The notes beneath the pieces are model-generated. The model saw nothing but the letters and a program-made list of their open reading frames with translations, was not told the DNA's origin and ran no database searches. The position numbers and the translations under genes are program-made. From an uncultured Clostridia bacterium (GTDB lineage Bacteria; Bacillota; Clostridia; Christensenellales; CAG-138): DNA of 64,000 nt. The stretch covers positions 1,920 through 65,919 of the forward strand of contig CALCEX010000216.1 in NCBI GenBank assembly GCA_937900325.1, read 5' to 3'. Each line of letters begins with the position of its first letter. Position 1 is the stretch's first letter. Positions 8,217 through 17,146 of this stretch are shown piece after piece.

Positions 8217-10100
8217 TTACAGCCTGTGCACATACAGCGCGCGCATGGCGTTGAGTACGGCGAGCACCATTACGCCCACATCCGCGAAGATGGCGGCCCA
8301 CATATTGGCTATGCCCAGGGCGCCGAGTATCAGGCAGAGCGCCTTTATTGCAAGGGCAAACACTATGTTCTGCCATACTATGCCGATGCACTTTCTGGAT
8401 ATCTTTATGGCCTTGGCTATCTTCATGGGGTCGTCGTCCATGAGCACCACGTCGGCGGCCTCTATTGCGGCGTCGGAGCCCATCGCGCCCATGGCTATGC
8501 CTATATCCGCACGGGAGAGCACCGGCGCGTCGTTTATTCCGTCGCCCACAAAGGCCAGCTTTTCCCTGCCGCCGGTCTCCTTTAGCAGCTTTTCCACCTC
8601 CGCCACCTTATCCGCGGGCAGCAGGTCGCTATGGTACTGGTCTATGCCCAGCTTCTTTGCCATCTGCTCCGCAACGCGGCCTATATCTCCCGTGAGCATG
8701 ACGGTCTTTTTCACGCCTATCCTCCTGAGCTCGGCTATGGCCGCCTTTGAGGTGGGCTTTTCAACGTCGGATATCACAACGTGGCCCGCGTATTTTCCGT
8801 CTATGGCGATGTGTATTATGGTGCCGGGGCTGTGGCATTCCAGGTATTCTATGCCCAGGCGGTCCATCAGCCTGCCGTTGCCCGCGGCTACCTCCGCCCC
8901 GTCCACGCGGGCTATGACGCCGTTGCCGCTTATCTCCTGTATGTCGGTTACCCGGTCGCGGTCTATCTCCCTGCCGTATGCCCTTTGCAGGCTCTTGCTT
9001 ATGGGGTGTGAGGAGGCGCACTCCGCAAGGGCGGCAAGCTCGATAAGCTTTTCCTCGGGAATGATGCTGTGGTGTATCTCGCTCACCTCGAACACGCCCC
9101 GGGTAAGGGTGCCGGTCTTGTCGAATACCACTATGCCGGTCCGGGACAGCGCCTCAAGGTAATTGGAGCCCTTTATCAGCACGCCCTCCCTGCTTGCGCC
9201 GCCAAGCCCGGCGAAGAAGCTCAGCGGAATGCTTATGACCAGCGCGCAGGGGCAGCTTATTACGAGGAAGGTCAGCGCGCGGTATATCCATACCTCCCAG
9301 AGAGCCGGAGCGCCCATTATAAGGCTTATGACGGGGGGCAGCACGGCCAGGGCCAGCGCGCTGAAGCATACGGCGGGGGTATACACCCGGGCGAATTTCG
9401 ATATGAAGTTTTCGGAGCGGGACTTATGGGAGCTGGAGTTCTCCATGAGCTCCAGTATCCTGGATACGGTGGATTCGCCGAAGGGCTTTGTGGTGCGCAC
9501 CTTCAGCACCCCCGTAAGGTTGATGCAGCCGCTTATTATTTCGTCCCCCTGCTCAACATCCCGGGGCTGGCTTTCGCCGGTGAGGGCGGCGGTATCGAGA
9601 GAGGAGGTTCCCTCTATGACCTCGCCGTCTATGGGCACCTTTTCGCCGGGCTGAACGACTATGACGCTGCCGGTGGGGACCTGCTCCGGGTCCACCTGCT
9701 CAAGAGAGCCGTCCTTTTCCATATTGGCATAGTCGGGGCGTATATCCATAAGCGCGGAGATGTTCCTGCGGCTCTTGCCCACGGCGTAGCTCTGGAACAG
9801 CTCGCCTATCTGGTAAAACAGCATTACGGACACCGCCTCGGCGAAGTCGTAGGTCTTTTCGTATACCGCCAGCGCTATCGCGCCTACGGTGGCCACCGCC
9901 ATGAGGAAGTTTTCATCGAATACCTGGCGGTTTATGATGCCGCGGAGGGCCTTATGCAGTATATCGTAGCCTATGGTGATATAGCTCGCGGCGTAAAGTG
10001 CGGTTTCCGCCCAGCCGCCGGTCCTGAGCAGCTTCGCCGCCGCGAGCAGCAGGGCCGCCACGACTATGCGGACGAGCATTTTTTTCTGTTTTTTATTCAT
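8217..10100 (-). CDS. heavy-metal translocating P1B-type ATPase, Zn/Cd/Pb-like, no fused N-terminal HMA domain
   Basis: DKTGTLT, SCPCAL (CPC), SSHPISKS, GDGINDAP. The C-terminal TM motifs NIVFALAIK and ADVGVMVLAVLN resemble the P1B-2 (Zn/Cd) signature rather than the Cu(I) YN/MxxSS one. Confidence 0.88.
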   Translation of the reverse strand: MNKKQKKMLVRIVVAALLLAAAKLLRTGGWAETALYAASYITIGYDILHKALRGIINRQVFDENFLMAVATVGAIALAVYEKTYDFAEAVSVMLFYQIGELFQSYAVGKSRRNISALMDIRPDYANMEKDGSLEQVDPEQVPTGSVIVVQPGEKVPIDGEVIEGTSSLDTAALTGESQPRDVEQGDEIISGCINLTGVLKVRTTKPFGESTVSRILELMENSSSHKSRSENFISKFARVYTPAVCFSALALAVLPPVISLIMGAPALWEVWIYRALTFLVISCPCALVISIPLSFFAGLGGASREGVLIKGSNYLEALSRTGIVVFDKTGTLTRGVFEVSEIHHSIIPEEKLIELAALAECASSHPISKSLQRAYGREIDRDRVTDIQEISGNGVIARVDGAEVAAGNGRLMDRLGIEYLECHSPGTIIHIAIDGKYAGHVVISDVEKPTSKAAIAELRRIGVKKTVMLTGDIGRVAEQMAKKLGIDQYHSDLLPADKVAEVEKLLKETGGREKLAFVGDGINDAPVLSRADIGIAMGAMGSDAAIEAADVVLMDDDPMKIAKAIKISRKCIGIVWQNIVFALAIKALCLILGALGIANMWAAIFADVGVMVLAVLNAMRALYVHRL

Positions 10101-10124
10101 ATGCCGCTCCCTTCAATATGGGTA

Positions 10125-10343
10125 TTACAGATATATTTCGCAGTCCTCTTCCACCTTTTTGCAGTTACGCAGGACCTCCTTCATGACCGCCTTTTCATCG
10201 CTGCCCTCCGCGAATTCCACTATCATCTTCTGGGTCATGAAGTTCACGATCGCGCTCTTTACGCCCTCGGTCCTGCCGGCGGCCTCCTCCATAAGGTTTG
10301 CGCAGTTGGCGCAGTCTACCTCTATGCCGTATGTCTTTTTCAT
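10125..10343 (-). CDS. small HMA-like metal-binding protein (stand-alone)
   Basis: 72 aa, IEVDCANCANLME (CxxC). Lies immediately upstream of the ATPase, in the position usually occupied by a fused HMA domain. Confidence 0.6.
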   Translation of the reverse strand: MKKTYGIEVDCANCANLMEEAAGRTEGVKSAIVNFMTQKMIVEFAEGSDEKAVMKEVLRNCKKVEEDCEIYL

Positions 10344-10377
10344 GGCGCCTGGTCTCCTTTCAAAAATCAGCTATCTG

Positions 10378-10399
10378 TAAACAATTAAGTAATTGTTTA
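10378..10399. promoter_or_regulatory. candidate ArsR/SmtB-type operator (10-2-10 perfect inverted repeat)
   Basis: TAAACAATTA-ag-TAATTGTTTA lies between the divergent metal operon and the regulator gene. A second inverted repeat, TATGATA-N9-TATCATA at 10404-10426, contains a TATAAT. Confidence 0.5.
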
Positions 10400-10521
10400 A
10401 TCGTTATGATAGAAGTATAATATCATAAAGGCTTAAAGTCAACACAGCCGCCGCCCTGTCTTCTTTTTGGGCGAAAAGTCCTTCCAAACGGAGCAGGCGG
10501 CGGGGAAAAAGGAGAGATGCT

Positions 10522-11289
10522 ATGCCGCAGCTTCCGCATCGTCATCGCCACGGCGACAGGACGGAGCACCTTGAGGCCTGCCTGCAAAGGGTGGGAAATT
10601 TCCAGACGGTATCCGAGCTTTTCCGTCAGCTTTCGGACAGCAGCAGGATACGCATATTCTGGCTTTTGTGCCACTGCGAGGAGTGCGTGCTCAACATTTC
10701 CGCGCTTATGGATATGTCCAGCCCGGCGGTATCCCACCACCTGAAGCAGCTCAAGACCAGCGGCCTGATAGTCAGCCGCAGAGAGGGCAAGGAGGTCTGC
10801 TACCGGGCGGCGGATACGGAGCAGGCGCGGCTGCTGCACATCATGATAGAGCGTACCATGGAGATAGCCTGCCCGGCGGAGGATGCGGCGGAGGCGGCGG
10901 CGGTGCCGCAGCTGCCCGACCCGGACGCGGGGACCGGAGAGAGCCGCGGAGGCTATCCCCTTGAGCAGATAGAGACCATACGCAGGCTGCACGATACGCT
11001 CACGGAGGATCTTTCCAGCAGGATAACCATAGAGGAGCTTTCCAGGCGGTTTCTCATGAACCCATCCACCATGAAGGAGCTTTTCAGGGAGGTATACGGA
11101 AGCTCCATAGCCGCCCATATAAACGAGCACCGCATGGAGAGGGCGGCGGAGCTGCTGAAGGATACCGACCGGAGCATGGCGGAAATAGCTAACGAGGTAG
11201 GCTACGAAAGCCAGAGCAAATTCACGGCCCAGTTCAAAAAGGCATACGGCATGCCGCCGACGGAATACCGTCGGCGCATCAGGGAATAA
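10522..11289 (+). CDS. ArsR/SmtB-family metalloregulator fused to an AraC-type HTH domain
   Basis: N-terminal half: RIRIFWLLCHCEECVLNISALMDMSSPAVSHHLKQLKTSGLI (ArsR wHTH with a Cys cluster). C-terminal half: ITIEELSRRFLMNPSTMKELFREVYG...MAEIANEVGYESQSKFTAQFKKAYGMPPTEYRR (AraC HTH). GGAGAG SD. Confidence 0.75.
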   Translation: MPQLPHRHRHGDRTEHLEACLQRVGNFQTVSELFRQLSDSSRIRIFWLLCHCEECVLNISALMDMSSPAVSHHLKQLKTSGLIVSRREGKEVCYRAADTEQARLLHIMIERTMEIACPAEDAAEAAAVPQLPDPDAGTGESRGGYPLEQIETIRRLHDTLTEDLSSRITIEELSRRFLMNPSTMKELFREVYGSSIAAHINEHRMERAAELLKDTDRSMAEIANEVGYESQSKFTAQFKKAYGMPPTEYRRRIRE

Positions 11290-11314
11290 AAAAGAAGCGG
11301 CGTTGAGCCGCTTC
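11288..11314 (-). terminator. intrinsic terminator after serS
   Basis: The minus strand reads GAAGCGGC-tcaac-GCCGCTTC followed by T6. Confidence 0.6.
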
Positions 11315-11328
11315 CAGCTTAGATCAGG

Positions 11329-12600
11329 TTATTTTCCTATATATTCGCAGCCCATGTATTTTACCAGCACATCCGGCACCTTTACCGTGCCGTCGGGCTG
11401 CTGGTAGTTCTCAAGTATTGCGGCGACGGTGCGGCCTACCGCTACGCCGGAGCCGTTAAGGGTGTGCAGCAGCTCCGGCTTTGCGCCCTTCTCCCGGCGG
11501 AAGCGTATCTGGGCGCGGCGCGCCTGGAAATCCTCAAAGTTGGAGCAGGAGCTTATCTCGACGTACCTGCCGTAGCTGGGCATCCATACCTCTATGTCGT
11601 AGGTCTTGGCGCTGGAAAAGCCCAGATCGCCCGTGGAGAGCACCACAACATGATAGGGCAGGCCGAGACCCTGAAGCACCTTCTCGGCGTCGCGGGTGAG
11701 GGACTCCAGCTCGTTATAGCTGTCCTCGGGCTTTGTGAACTTCACAAGCTCTACCTTGTTGAACTGATGCTGGCGGATAAGGCCGCGGGTATCCCGGCCG
11801 GCGGAGCCCGCCTCGCTGCGGAAGCAGGCGCTGTACGCGCAGTATTTTATGGGCAGCTTATCGCCGTCAACTATCTCGCCCCGCAGCATATTGGTCACTG
11901 GCACCTCGGCGGTAGGGATAAGGAAGTAATCGGTATTGGCCACCTTGAAGGCGTCCTCCTCGAACTTGGGGAGCTGGCCGGTGCCGGTCATGGAGGCGCG
12001 GTTCACCATATAGGGCGGGAATATCTCGGTATAGCCGTTCTGCGTGTGGGTATCCAGGTAGTAGTTTATTATGGCGCGCTCCAGGCGGGAGCCCAGGCCA
12101 CGGTATACCGTGAAGCGCGCGCCGGTTATCTTGGCGGCGGTGGCAAAGTCAAGTATGCCCAGATCCTCGCCTATGTCCCAATGGGCCTTGGGCTCAAAAT
12201 CGAACTTAGTGGGCTCGGACCAGCGGCGCACCTCTACGTTGGCCTTATCGTCCGCCCCCTCCGGCACGGATTCGTGAGGTATATTGGGAACGCTCATGAG
12301 CATGGACTGAAGCTCCTCGTCCATCTTTGCTATCTGGTCGTCCAGCTCCTTTACCCTTGCGCCCAGCTCCTTCATTTCCGCCATCAGCGCGGTGGCGTCC
12401 TCCCCCGCCTTCTTCATGGCGGGGACTTTGGCGGAGCCCTCGTTGCGCTTTGCCTTGAGCTGCTCTACCTCCTGCATCACCTCGCGGCGCTTTGCGTCCA
12501 GCGCCAGCAGGGCCGTAACGTCCGCGCCCTTATTGCGGCGCTTGCGCATGGCCTCCACCAATGCCTCAGGATTCTGACGAATACGTTTGATATCCAGCAT
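11329..12600 (-). CDS. serS: seryl-tRNA synthetase
   Basis: N-terminal coiled-coil [12 protein letters not shown]..., class II core [21 protein letters not shown] and [19 protein letters not shown]. Confidence 0.95.
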   Translation of the reverse strand: MLDIKRIRQNPEALVEAMRKRRNKGADVTALLALDAKRREVMQEVEQLKAKRNEGSAKVPAMKKAGEDATALMAEMKELGARVKELDDQIAKMDEELQSMLMSVPNIPHESVPEGADDKANVEVRRWSEPTKFDFEPKAHWDIGEDLGILDFATAAKITGARFTVYRGLGSRLERAIINYYLDTHTQNGYTEIFPPYMVNRASMTGTGQLPKFEEDAFKVANTDYFLIPTAEVPVTNMLRGEIVDGDKLPIKYCAYSACFRSEAGSAGRDTRGLIRQHQFNKVELVKFTKPEDSYNELESLTRDAEKVLQGLGLPYHVVVLSTGDLGFSSAKTYDIEVWMPSYGRYVEISSCSNFEDFQARRAQIRFRREKGAKPELLHTLNGSGVAVGRTVAAILENYQQPDGTVKVPDVLVKYMGCEYIGK

Positions 12601-12628
12601 TTTTCTTTCCTCCTAAAAGATATGCTTT

Positions 12629-12665
12629 CGCATAAATGGCATAACGCCATTTATGCGGGTTTTTT
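12629..12665 (+). terminator. 12-bp hairpin plus T-tract, oriented as a plus-strand terminator between two minus-strand genes
   Basis: CGCATAAATGGC-ataac-GCCATTTATGCG then GGTTTTTT on the plus strand. The minus-strand reading lacks a proximal U-tract. Confidence 0.45.
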
Positions 12666-12695
12666 CGGATTTTGCCTCTCGCTGCGCTCCCGGCC

Positions 12696-14387
12696 CTACA
12701 TTCTCTCCGGCGCCTGAAGGCCCACGAGGTAAAGGCCCTTCTTTATGGTGATCCTGGCGGCGTCCGTGAGCGCCAGCCGTGCGGCGGATACGCCGGGATC
12801 CTCCGTGATTATCTGGTTGCAGAAATAGAATCTGTTGAAGGCCGTGCAGACCTCCATCGTGGCGCGGGAGACGAGATACGGCTCGTTCTTTTCCGCCGCC
12901 GCCCTCACCGCCGCGGGGAATGCCGCTATGGCCTTGGCGAGAGCCGCCGTAGCGTCGTCCGCAAAGCAGGCGGGATCCATGCCGGCTATGTCGTAGCCGC
13001 CCGCCTTGCGCAGCACCGAGCAGCAGCGGGCGTGGGTATACTGGGCGTAGGGGCCGGTCTCGCCGTCAAAGTTGAGCACCTTGCTCCAGGAGAAGGTAAC
13101 GTCCTTTATGCGGCTGTTGTACAGCATGCTCCATACCACGGCGCCGACGCCCACCGCCGCGGCCACCTCGTCCTTATCGGGAAGGCCGGGACTCTTTTCT
13201 TCGATTATTTTGCCGGTCTTTTCCACGGCGGCGTCCAGCACGTCCTCAAGGTAGACCACGTTGCCGTGGCGGGTGGAAAGGGTCCCCTCCTCCATGGATA
13301 CCATGCCGAAGTTGACGTGCTCGCAGTCCTTTACCCAGTCATAGCCCATCAGCTCCAGCACCTTGAAGAACTGCCTGAAGTGCAGGTTCTGCTGATACGC
13401 GACGACGTAGAGCGACTTTACAAAGTCGTAGGTTTTTTTACGGTATATCGCCGCCGCAAGATCCCTTGTGGCGTAAAGCGTCGCCCCGTCGGAGCGGAGT
13501 ATTATGCAGGGGGGCATATCGTAGGCGGAAAGGTCAACGAGGGTCGCGCCGTTGTCAACGGTGAGCAGCCCCTTCTGGCGCAGCTCGTCTATGACCGCGC
13601 CCATCTTGTCCTCATAGAAGCTCTCGCCCGCGTAGCTGTCGAAATGCACTCCCAGCCGGTCGTACACCCTGCCGACCTCCTTAAGCGTAAGGTCCTTGAA
13701 CTGCTGCCAGAGGGCCACGGCTTCCTTATCGCCGCTCTCTATCTTTTTGAACCAGGCGCGCGCCTCGTCGTTCATCTCGGGGTGCTTTTCCGCCTCGTCG
13801 TGGAAGCGGACATACAGCTTTACAAGCTCGCGCACGGTGTATTGCGGCACCGGCCTGTCGCCCCATTTCTTATAGGCGACTATCATCTTGCCGAACTGGG
13901 TACCCCAGTCCCCCAGGTGGTTTATGCCTATGGCGTTGTAGCCCAGCGCCTTGTATATCCTGTAAAGGGAGTTGCCTATGGCGGTGCTGGGCAGGTGGCC
14001 TATATGGAAGGGCTTCGCGATGTTTATTGAGGAATACTCCACGCAGACGTTCCTGCCGCCGCCCATGTCGCTGTCGCCGTAGCGCCCGCCTGCGGAAAGC
14101 ACCCTGCTGAGCGTATCCTGCACGAAGGCGGCCTTATCCGCGAAGAAGTTGAGGTAGCCCCCCTTTGCCTCGGCGCGGGCTATGCCTTCTATATGGCCGA
14201 CGTCCCGGGCAAGCTCCTCCGCTATCGCGGGGGGCGCCTTGCGCAGGGTCTTTGCCAGGCGGAAGCAGGGGAAGGCGTAGTCGCCCATGGCGGGGTCTGG
14301 CGGGGTCTCCAGCCAGTCCCTGAGCTGATCCGCCTCCAGTCCGGTCTGCGCCGCTATCGCGGCGGCGATGCGCTGCTTGTTTTCCAT
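12696..14387 (-). CDS. argS: arginyl-tRNA synthetase
   Basis: HIGH motif FHIGHLPSTAIGN and the overall ArgRS layout including the C-terminal DALR-type anticodon-binding region. Confidence 0.95.
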   Translation of the reverse strand: MENKQRIAAAIAAQTGLEADQLRDWLETPPDPAMGDYAFPCFRLAKTLRKAPPAIAEELARDVGHIEGIARAEAKGGYLNFFADKAAFVQDTLSRVLSAGGRYGDSDMGGGRNVCVEYSSINIAKPFHIGHLPSTAIGNSLYRIYKALGYNAIGINHLGDWGTQFGKMIVAYKKWGDRPVPQYTVRELVKLYVRFHDEAEKHPEMNDEARAWFKKIESGDKEAVALWQQFKDLTLKEVGRVYDRLGVHFDSYAGESFYEDKMGAVIDELRQKGLLTVDNGATLVDLSAYDMPPCIILRSDGATLYATRDLAAAIYRKKTYDFVKSLYVVAYQQNLHFRQFFKVLELMGYDWVKDCEHVNFGMVSMEEGTLSTRHGNVVYLEDVLDAAVEKTGKIIEEKSPGLPDKDEVAAAVGVGAVVWSMLYNSRIKDVTFSWSKVLNFDGETGPYAQYTHARCCSVLRKAGGYDIAGMDPACFADDATAALAKAIAAFPAAVRAAAEKNEPYLVSRATMEVCTAFNRFYFCNQIITEDPGVSAARLALTDAARITIKKGLYLVGLQAPERM

Positions 14388-14417
14388 ATTATGTAAATTC
14401 TCCTGTCGATGTCCTTG

Positions 14418-15686
14418 CTATTCTTCTATACGCATTATATCGGCGCCCAGCGCGCGGAGCTTCTGCTCGAGAAACTCGTAGCCCCGGTCGATAAAGTGTA
14501 TCTGGCTTATGGTGCTCTCGCCCTCCGCGGCAAGCGCGGCTATGACCAGCGCCGCGCCCGCCCTCAGGTCGCTTGCGCAGAGGGGCGCGCCGTAGAGCTT
14601 TTCCACTCCCTCCACCGTGGCCGTGCGGGAGCTTATGGAAATGCTGGCCCCCATCTTTGCAAGCTCCGGCACATGGTTGAAGCGGTTCTCGAATATGTTT
14701 TCCATTATGTAGCTGTTGCCCTCCGCCGTGGCTAAAAGCGCCATCATGGGCTGCTGAAGGTCTGTGGGGAAGCCGGGATAGGGCAGCGTCTTTATGTTTA
14801 CCGCGCGGGGCCGCTTGTCTGCGGATACCCGGATGAAGAAATCCCGCCCGTCGTCCCCCTCGGAAACGGTCACGCCGGATTCCATGAGCTTTGCGGATAT
14901 GGCCTCCAGGTGGGTGGGGATGACGTTGTTGATTATCACGTCGCCCCGGGTGGCGGCGGCGGCTATCATAAAGGTGCCGGCCTCTATCTGGTCGGGTATC
15001 ACGGCGTAGGTGCAGCCATGCAGCCTGCGCCCGCCCTGTATGCGGATAACGTCGGTACCCGCGCCCTTTACGTTCGCCCCCATCATGTTGAGGAAGTTGG
15101 CCACGTCCACCACATGGGGCTCCTTCGCGGCGTTGGCGATTATGGTCTGCCCCTCGGCGGCGACCGCCGCGAGCATTATGTTTATGGTAGCGCCGACGCT
15201 CACCACGTCCAGATATATCTCCGCGCCCTTAAGCTTATCCGCCCTTGCCTTTACGGAGCCGCCCTGTATCACTATATCCGCGCCCAGCGCCCGCATTCCC
15301 TTGATATGCTGGTCTATTGGCCGCTGGCCTATGGCGCAGCCGCCGGGAAGGGCTATCTCCGCTTTCTTATACCGGCCCAGCAGCGCCCCTAAAAGATAGT
15401 ATGAGGCGCGCATGGAGCTGACCATCTCTCCCGTTACGCTGAAGGTGTTTATGCCGGAGGGGTCTATGCGCATGCTGCCGTCGGGCGTGCGGGAAATATC
15501 CGCGCCCATGCTGGCGAGTATCTCCTCAACTATGCGCACGTCCTCTATCTCGGGCAGGTTTTCCAAGAGGCAGCTTTCGCCTGAAAGTATGACGGCGGGT
15601 ATTATGGCAAGGGCTGCGTTTTTCGCCCCGCTGATGGTCACCGCGCCCTCAAGGCGCTTTCCGCCGTTTATTCTGTAATACGCCAT
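14418..15686 (-). CDS. murA: UDP-N-acetylglucosamine 1-carboxyvinyltransferase
   Basis: INGGKRLEGAVTISGAKNAAL start, 422 aa, EPSP-synthase fold repeats, RAGAALVIAALAAEG. Confidence 0.95.
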   Translation of the reverse strand: MAYYRINGGKRLEGAVTISGAKNAALAIIPAVILSGESCLLENLPEIEDVRIVEEILASMGADISRTPDGSMRIDPSGINTFSVTGEMVSSMRASYYLLGALLGRYKKAEIALPGGCAIGQRPIDQHIKGMRALGADIVIQGGSVKARADKLKGAEIYLDVVSVGATINIMLAAVAAEGQTIIANAAKEPHVVDVANFLNMMGANVKGAGTDVIRIQGGRRLHGCTYAVIPDQIEAGTFMIAAAATRGDVIINNVIPTHLEAISAKLMESGVTVSEGDDGRDFFIRVSADKRPRAVNIKTLPYPGFPTDLQQPMMALLATAEGNSYIMENIFENRFNHVPELAKMGASISISSRTATVEGVEKLYGAPLCASDLRAGAALVIAALAAEGESTISQIHFIDRGYEFLEQKLRALGADIMRIEE

Positions 15687-15723
15687 TTATGCTCCCGAAA
15701 AAAAGTAATTCTCTAACCTGATA

Positions 15724-15753
15724 ATTATACTATGCCCGCAGTGTTTTTGGCAA
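15724..15753 (-). promoter_or_regulatory. candidate murA promoter
   Basis: The minus strand reads TTGCCA, an 18-nt spacer, then TATAAT. Confidence 0.45.
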
Positions 15754-15765
15754 GACAAACAGGAG

Positions 15766-15796
15766 GATAATAAAAGGGAGCGGCGCGGCCGCCCCC
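15766..15796 (-). terminator. intrinsic terminator after the M23 peptidase gene
   Basis: The minus strand reads GGGGGCGGC-cgc-GCCGCTCCC (one G:U) followed by TTTTATTAT. Confidence 0.5.
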
Positions 15797-15802
15797 GGTG
15801 GG

Positions 15803-17137
15803 TTACTTTTCGAGGTAATATCTTGGGTTGTACGCTATGCCGTCTATCCTCAGCTCAAGGTGAAGCTGCGCCCCGGGGCAGCCGCCGGAATCGCCCGCGG
15901 CGCCTATGACCTGCCCCTTGGCTACCCTGTCGCCGAGGGCGACCGACAGGCTGCTCAGATGGGCATAGCGGGTGACGAAGCCCTCGCCGTGGTCTATCTC
16001 TATCATGTTGCCGTAGCCGCCGCGCTGCATGGCGCAGACCACCACGCCGCCCTCGCAGGCAAGCACCGGATCGCCGGCCTTTGCGGCGTAATCCAGCCCG
16101 AGATGGAGCACGCCGTCGCGCTGGCCGTAGTTGGATATTATCTTCCCGTCCGCTATCGGGGAGGAAAAGCTGAGCGCCTCCGGCCTCCTGCCCTCGCTGC
16201 CCTCGTGCCTGCCGGGCTCGCCGCTGCTCTTCTTTTCCGTACCCTGAAGTATTACCGTGTCTATGGGCTCCGTAGTTATTGTCTCGCTTTCGCTGCGGCT
16301 GGAGCTTTTTTCGCCGTTTATGTATACCGTGCGGCTTATCGTGGTCCTGCTGCCCTTTCTGCCCAGGGAGAGGGTAATGCTTGTGCCCGCTACAAGGTCG
16401 GGGTCCTTTTCGGTTTTTGTATCGAAGGGCAGCTCCTTTGTCTCGCTGTCCGTTACGGTGGTTATGACCTTAAGGGGGCTTTTCGATGAGGTGAACCTTT
16501 CGTAAAGCTCATCGTAGCTGGAAATGTCCTCCTTCGCCGCATCGGGCCGGGGCTGAAGCTCTATTTCGCCGGAAAGCTCGGTGGTGCGGTCGCCGGGCGC
16601 CGTAACGCTGCCGTCAAAAAAGCTCTTTACCTCATCGAGCAGGGTCTCCGCCGCCTCGGTGCTCGCGAGCAGCGCCCTTTCCCTGCCGTCTATGACTATG
16701 GCGCAGGGGATATATTCCGCCGCGGCCTGAACGGTATCGCCCTCCGCCGTTTCCTCGGGATCCCCCGCGGCGGCTGCAATATGCCCGTTATGCCGCTCCT
16801 GAGAATCGCCCCCGGAAAGTATTGAAGCGCCGTCGTAGCATTCCGGCGGCAGCAGGGAAGCGCCCTTTGCCAGGCCGAAGGCGAGGGCTATCACCGGCAG
16901 CGCTGTCAGCAGCAGCGGCAGCAGCCTGCCCCATCTTTTCGGGGCGCTTTCGGTTATCTCATACAGCCTGCCCGTTTCCTCGTCCCAGACGTACCTGCCG
17001 AAAAAACCGTCCTCCTCATCGGCGGCGTTCTCCGCCGCCTCCTCGACGGCAATGTCTATCAGCTCGGCCTCCCCGGGGGCTTCCGGGGCGCTTTTTTCTT
17101 CGGCCGGTCCGGCCAGAATGTCTTTTTCTTCTTCCAT
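15803..17137 (-). CDS. M23-family (LytM-type) peptidoglycan endopeptidase, membrane-anchored
   Basis: C-terminal HLGLDYAA, GNMIEIDHG and QLHLELR motifs; central TM segment LLPLLLTALPVIALAFGL; G5-like middle region. Confidence 0.85.
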   Translation of the reverse strand: MEEEKDILAGPAEEKSAPEAPGEAELIDIAVEEAAENAADEEDGFFGRYVWDEETGRLYEITESAPKRWGRLLPLLLTALPVIALAFGLAKGASLLPPECYDGASILSGGDSQERHNGHIAAAAGDPEETAEGDTVQAAAEYIPCAIVIDGRERALLASTEAAETLLDEVKSFFDGSVTAPGDRTTELSGEIELQPRPDAAKEDISSYDELYERFTSSKSPLKVITTVTDSETKELPFDTKTEKDPDLVAGTSITLSLGRKGSRTTISRTVYINGEKSSSRSESETITTEPIDTVILQGTEKKSSGEPGRHEGSEGRRPEALSFSSPIADGKIISNYGQRDGVLHLGLDYAAKAGDPVLACEGGVVVCAMQRGGYGNMIEIDHGEGFVTRYAHLSSLSVALGDRVAKGQVIGAAGDSGGCPGAQLHLELRIDGIAYNPRYYLEK

Positions 17138-17146
17138 GATGGCACC

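Noticed and set aside
12601-12695. T-box leaders upstream of serS or argS.
   Set aside because: The intergenic gaps are only 95 nt and 30 nt, too short for a T-box. No specifier, T-box or antiterminator sequence is visible.
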